Of a DNA stretch of 64,000 nt, positions 61,865-64,000 are shown piece by piece. The stretch is from Callorhinchus milii (Eukaryota): contig NW_024704743.1 in NCBI RefSeq assembly GCF_018977255.1, positions 29,080,001 to 29,144,000 of the forward strand, in the 5' to 3' direction. How positions within the stretch are numbered: the first letter of the stretch is position 1; every line of letters begins with the position of its first letter. The notes under the pieces were generated by a model, which had not been told where the DNA came from, made no database searches, and worked only from the letters and a program-made list of their open reading frames with translations. Made by a program: the position numbers and the translations under genes.

Positions 61865-62925
61865 ATGAACCTCTCCACTCCTGAGACTGCCCCGGTCAAA
61901 GTCATCAATGATATTCTCTCCATTTGTGACCAGGGCTCTCTCTCTCTAAAAGGATTCAGGGAGGCAGCACAGACATGATGGGCCAAATGGCCTTTTCTCT
62001 GATTCTGTTTATGCGGACGACACACAACTCTTATCGATTGCCTCCAGGGTTGATTCTACAAACACTGTTGTTCTGATTTATTATCTGTTGAACATCAAGT
62101 CCTTCTCACCTAAGCTGTTGACAGTATCAATCTAAATAGATGCACATTCCACCTCAAGGAGAGCCAGTGTGGAACCTCGGTGTCTTGTTTGAATCTCAGC
62201 TGTCCTTTAAACCTCACATCCATGCCTTGACTCATTCAGCTTTCCCCCACCTCCGCCACTACCTCTCCCATGGGGGAACTGAAACCCTAATCCCCACATT
62301 CATCGTGTCAAGGTTTTACTACGCCAAATCTCTGCTTGCCGAACTACCAGCTCTTTCCTTCACAAGTTGCAAACTATCCTGAACTCTGCAGCTTACGTCC
62401 TTTACTGCATTGGCTGTGTGAGCCTACCACCCCTATCCTTGCCCAGCTCCACTGGCTCCCCATCCCCCAGTGGATCCAGGCGAGAATGAGGGTGATAGGC
62501 TCTCGAGTTCAAGATTCTCGTCCTCACTTTTAAATCTCCATGATTTTGTTCCACTCCATCTCTGAGACTTTCTGAAACCTTACAAACCTGACCACTCCAT
62601 CCGCTCATCAGGCTTCAGGTCCCCCCATCCTGCCCACTCCACCATCGGCATTTCGCGCCTTGGGAAGTCCTCCAACGTGAAAGGCGCTATACAAATGTAA
62701 TTTTGTTGTTGTTTTCAGGATTTCAGCCTATCTGCCCCCACTGTCTGGAATTGCATCCCTGCAACTCACCCCTTCCCTCACCTCCTTCAAGGTTCATTTG
62801 AAGACCTTCCACTTCCCCCCCCACAACCCCCACCAGCTTGGCCCCACCTCCCTTTGCTCCCAGCCCCCAATTTGGGTGCAAACCCCTGGACTATCTAGTA
62901 TCTCCGGTAATGCTCCGGACGTGAA
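61865..62925 (+). mobile_element. Degenerate L2 fragment
   Basis: tatgcggacgacacacaactc (YADDTQL), NLGVLFE, PILAQLHWLPI. Confidence 0.82.
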
Positions 62926-63228
62926 AAACAATGGTGAATGTAACTGCCCCTGACAATATGGGCTTAGAATGGATCAGCATTTTTTATTATGAACAGAGAG
63001 ATCAATCGCACAATGTGGAATGACACAGGCATGGAACATATCTACGCAATGGATTGAATGCAGGTCACATAGATAAATGATTTCACATCTAGAATATGTG
63101 GGAGGTTTGTGCCTGCCTCTGCTTCAGGGCATATCTGACCTTATAAATGTTTTAACAGTAGAGTACATCATGTCTTTTGCAGCCATTATGTTGTCATTGT
63201 GCAAATAAGCTCAGACAATTAAGCTGTG

Positions 63229-63580
63229 TGTCAGCCTGGCTTAGTTAGTGCCTTTGAGTCAGAAGGTTGTGGGTTCAAGTCTCACATCAGGTCGGACCTG
63301 GCTGACACCAGTGCAGTCCTGGGAGACTCCAGAATTTGTTGAAGTTCCAGCTTTTATATAAGACTTTAAACCTAGATTCTGTTTGTCTTTTGGCTGGATG
63401 TCCAAAATTCTGAGGCACTATTTGAAAAGGACTTCATCTAGTGCCCTAATCAAAACTATTTTTAGGACCGTGTCGGTGCAAATTGCTACCAAAATTTGTA
63501 CAGAAACAGAGCACCAGATAGTAGTTACTTGTGAAATACTTTTTGACATGATAAAGTTCTCTAAAATACAAGTTTATTCT
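63229..63580 (+). mobile_element. Degenerate Deu-domain SINE
   Basis: tgtcagcctggc head, gagtcagaaggttgtgggttcaagtc B box, decayed core and tail. Confidence 0.6.
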
Positions 63581-63699
63581 TTCTAAATGTAAAAATAATG
63601 TTTTATTTCAGAATATTTATATTATCTATCTCATCTCCAACTTCCCCACTCCATACCCAACACATGTACAACACATACACAACATGTAAAGTTCCACCA

Positions 63700-63920
63700 T
63701 CGGTGATCTCACTTTCACCAATGAAACACTCTTCCTCTATCCCTCTGCCTGCCCCTTCCTTCCCCATCTTCAGATCGCACCTGAAGATCTTCCTCTTCAA
63801 CTGTGCCTAAGGTCACCTACCCCTGCCTCGGTATTGTGCTCCGCCATTGTCAAGCGCTATGGCACGCTACCCTGCGTGAAGGGCGATATATAAATGCAAG
63901 TTGCTATTGTTATTGTTATT
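63700..63920 (+). mobile_element. Degenerate L2 3' end
   Basis: FRSHLKIFLF-like segment followed by the stem-loop tail. Confidence 0.6.
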
Positions 63921-64000
63921 CCTGGACAAAGATCTGAGTGCTGGGAGGTAGGTGGCAATGGTGTGGGACCCCAACAACTCAGCTGAGACTAGTTAAGGCA

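Noticed and set aside
1..64000. CRISPR array or prokaryotic systems
   Set aside because: No regularly spaced repeat-spacer structure; the DNA is clearly vertebrate.
49000..64000. foxc1 or a foxl1 remnant
   Set aside because: No third forkhead domain is visible in the ORF track or by eye.

Overview
Vertebrate genomic DNA, most likely from a cartilaginous fish (holocephalan/elephant-shark-like; inferred from the repeat landscape). It carries two genes of the conserved FoxQ1-FoxF2-FoxC1 forkhead cluster, both on the + strand: single-exon foxq1 (4748-5800, 350 aa) and two-exon foxf2 (37728-38709 + 42234-42397, 381 aa). foxc1 is not seen and would be expected beyond the right edge. Each gene sits in a CpG-retaining, transposon-poor domain (~1.5-9 kb and ~26-48.8 kb). 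The rest is CpG-poor and packed with retroposons: a young tRNA(Ala)-headed SINE in two structural versions, older Deu-domain SINEs, AmnSINE2-like relics, L2 and CR1 LINE fragments, Penelope-type ends with decayed hammerhead cores, and foldback/MITE-like elements. I found no convincing novel protein-coding system. The best leads are: (i) splice signals suggesting divergent antisense lncRNAs from both Fox promoters (FENDRR-like arrangement); (ii) a modular SINE/L2 system sharing a covarying 3' stem-loop, with nested, tail-only and double-ended insertions; (iii) a CAGAC (Smad-element-like) array upstream of foxq1; (iv) candidate conserved miRNA sites and enhancers. Repeat family names come from recalled consensus sequences and repeat boundaries are approximate; no database search was run.
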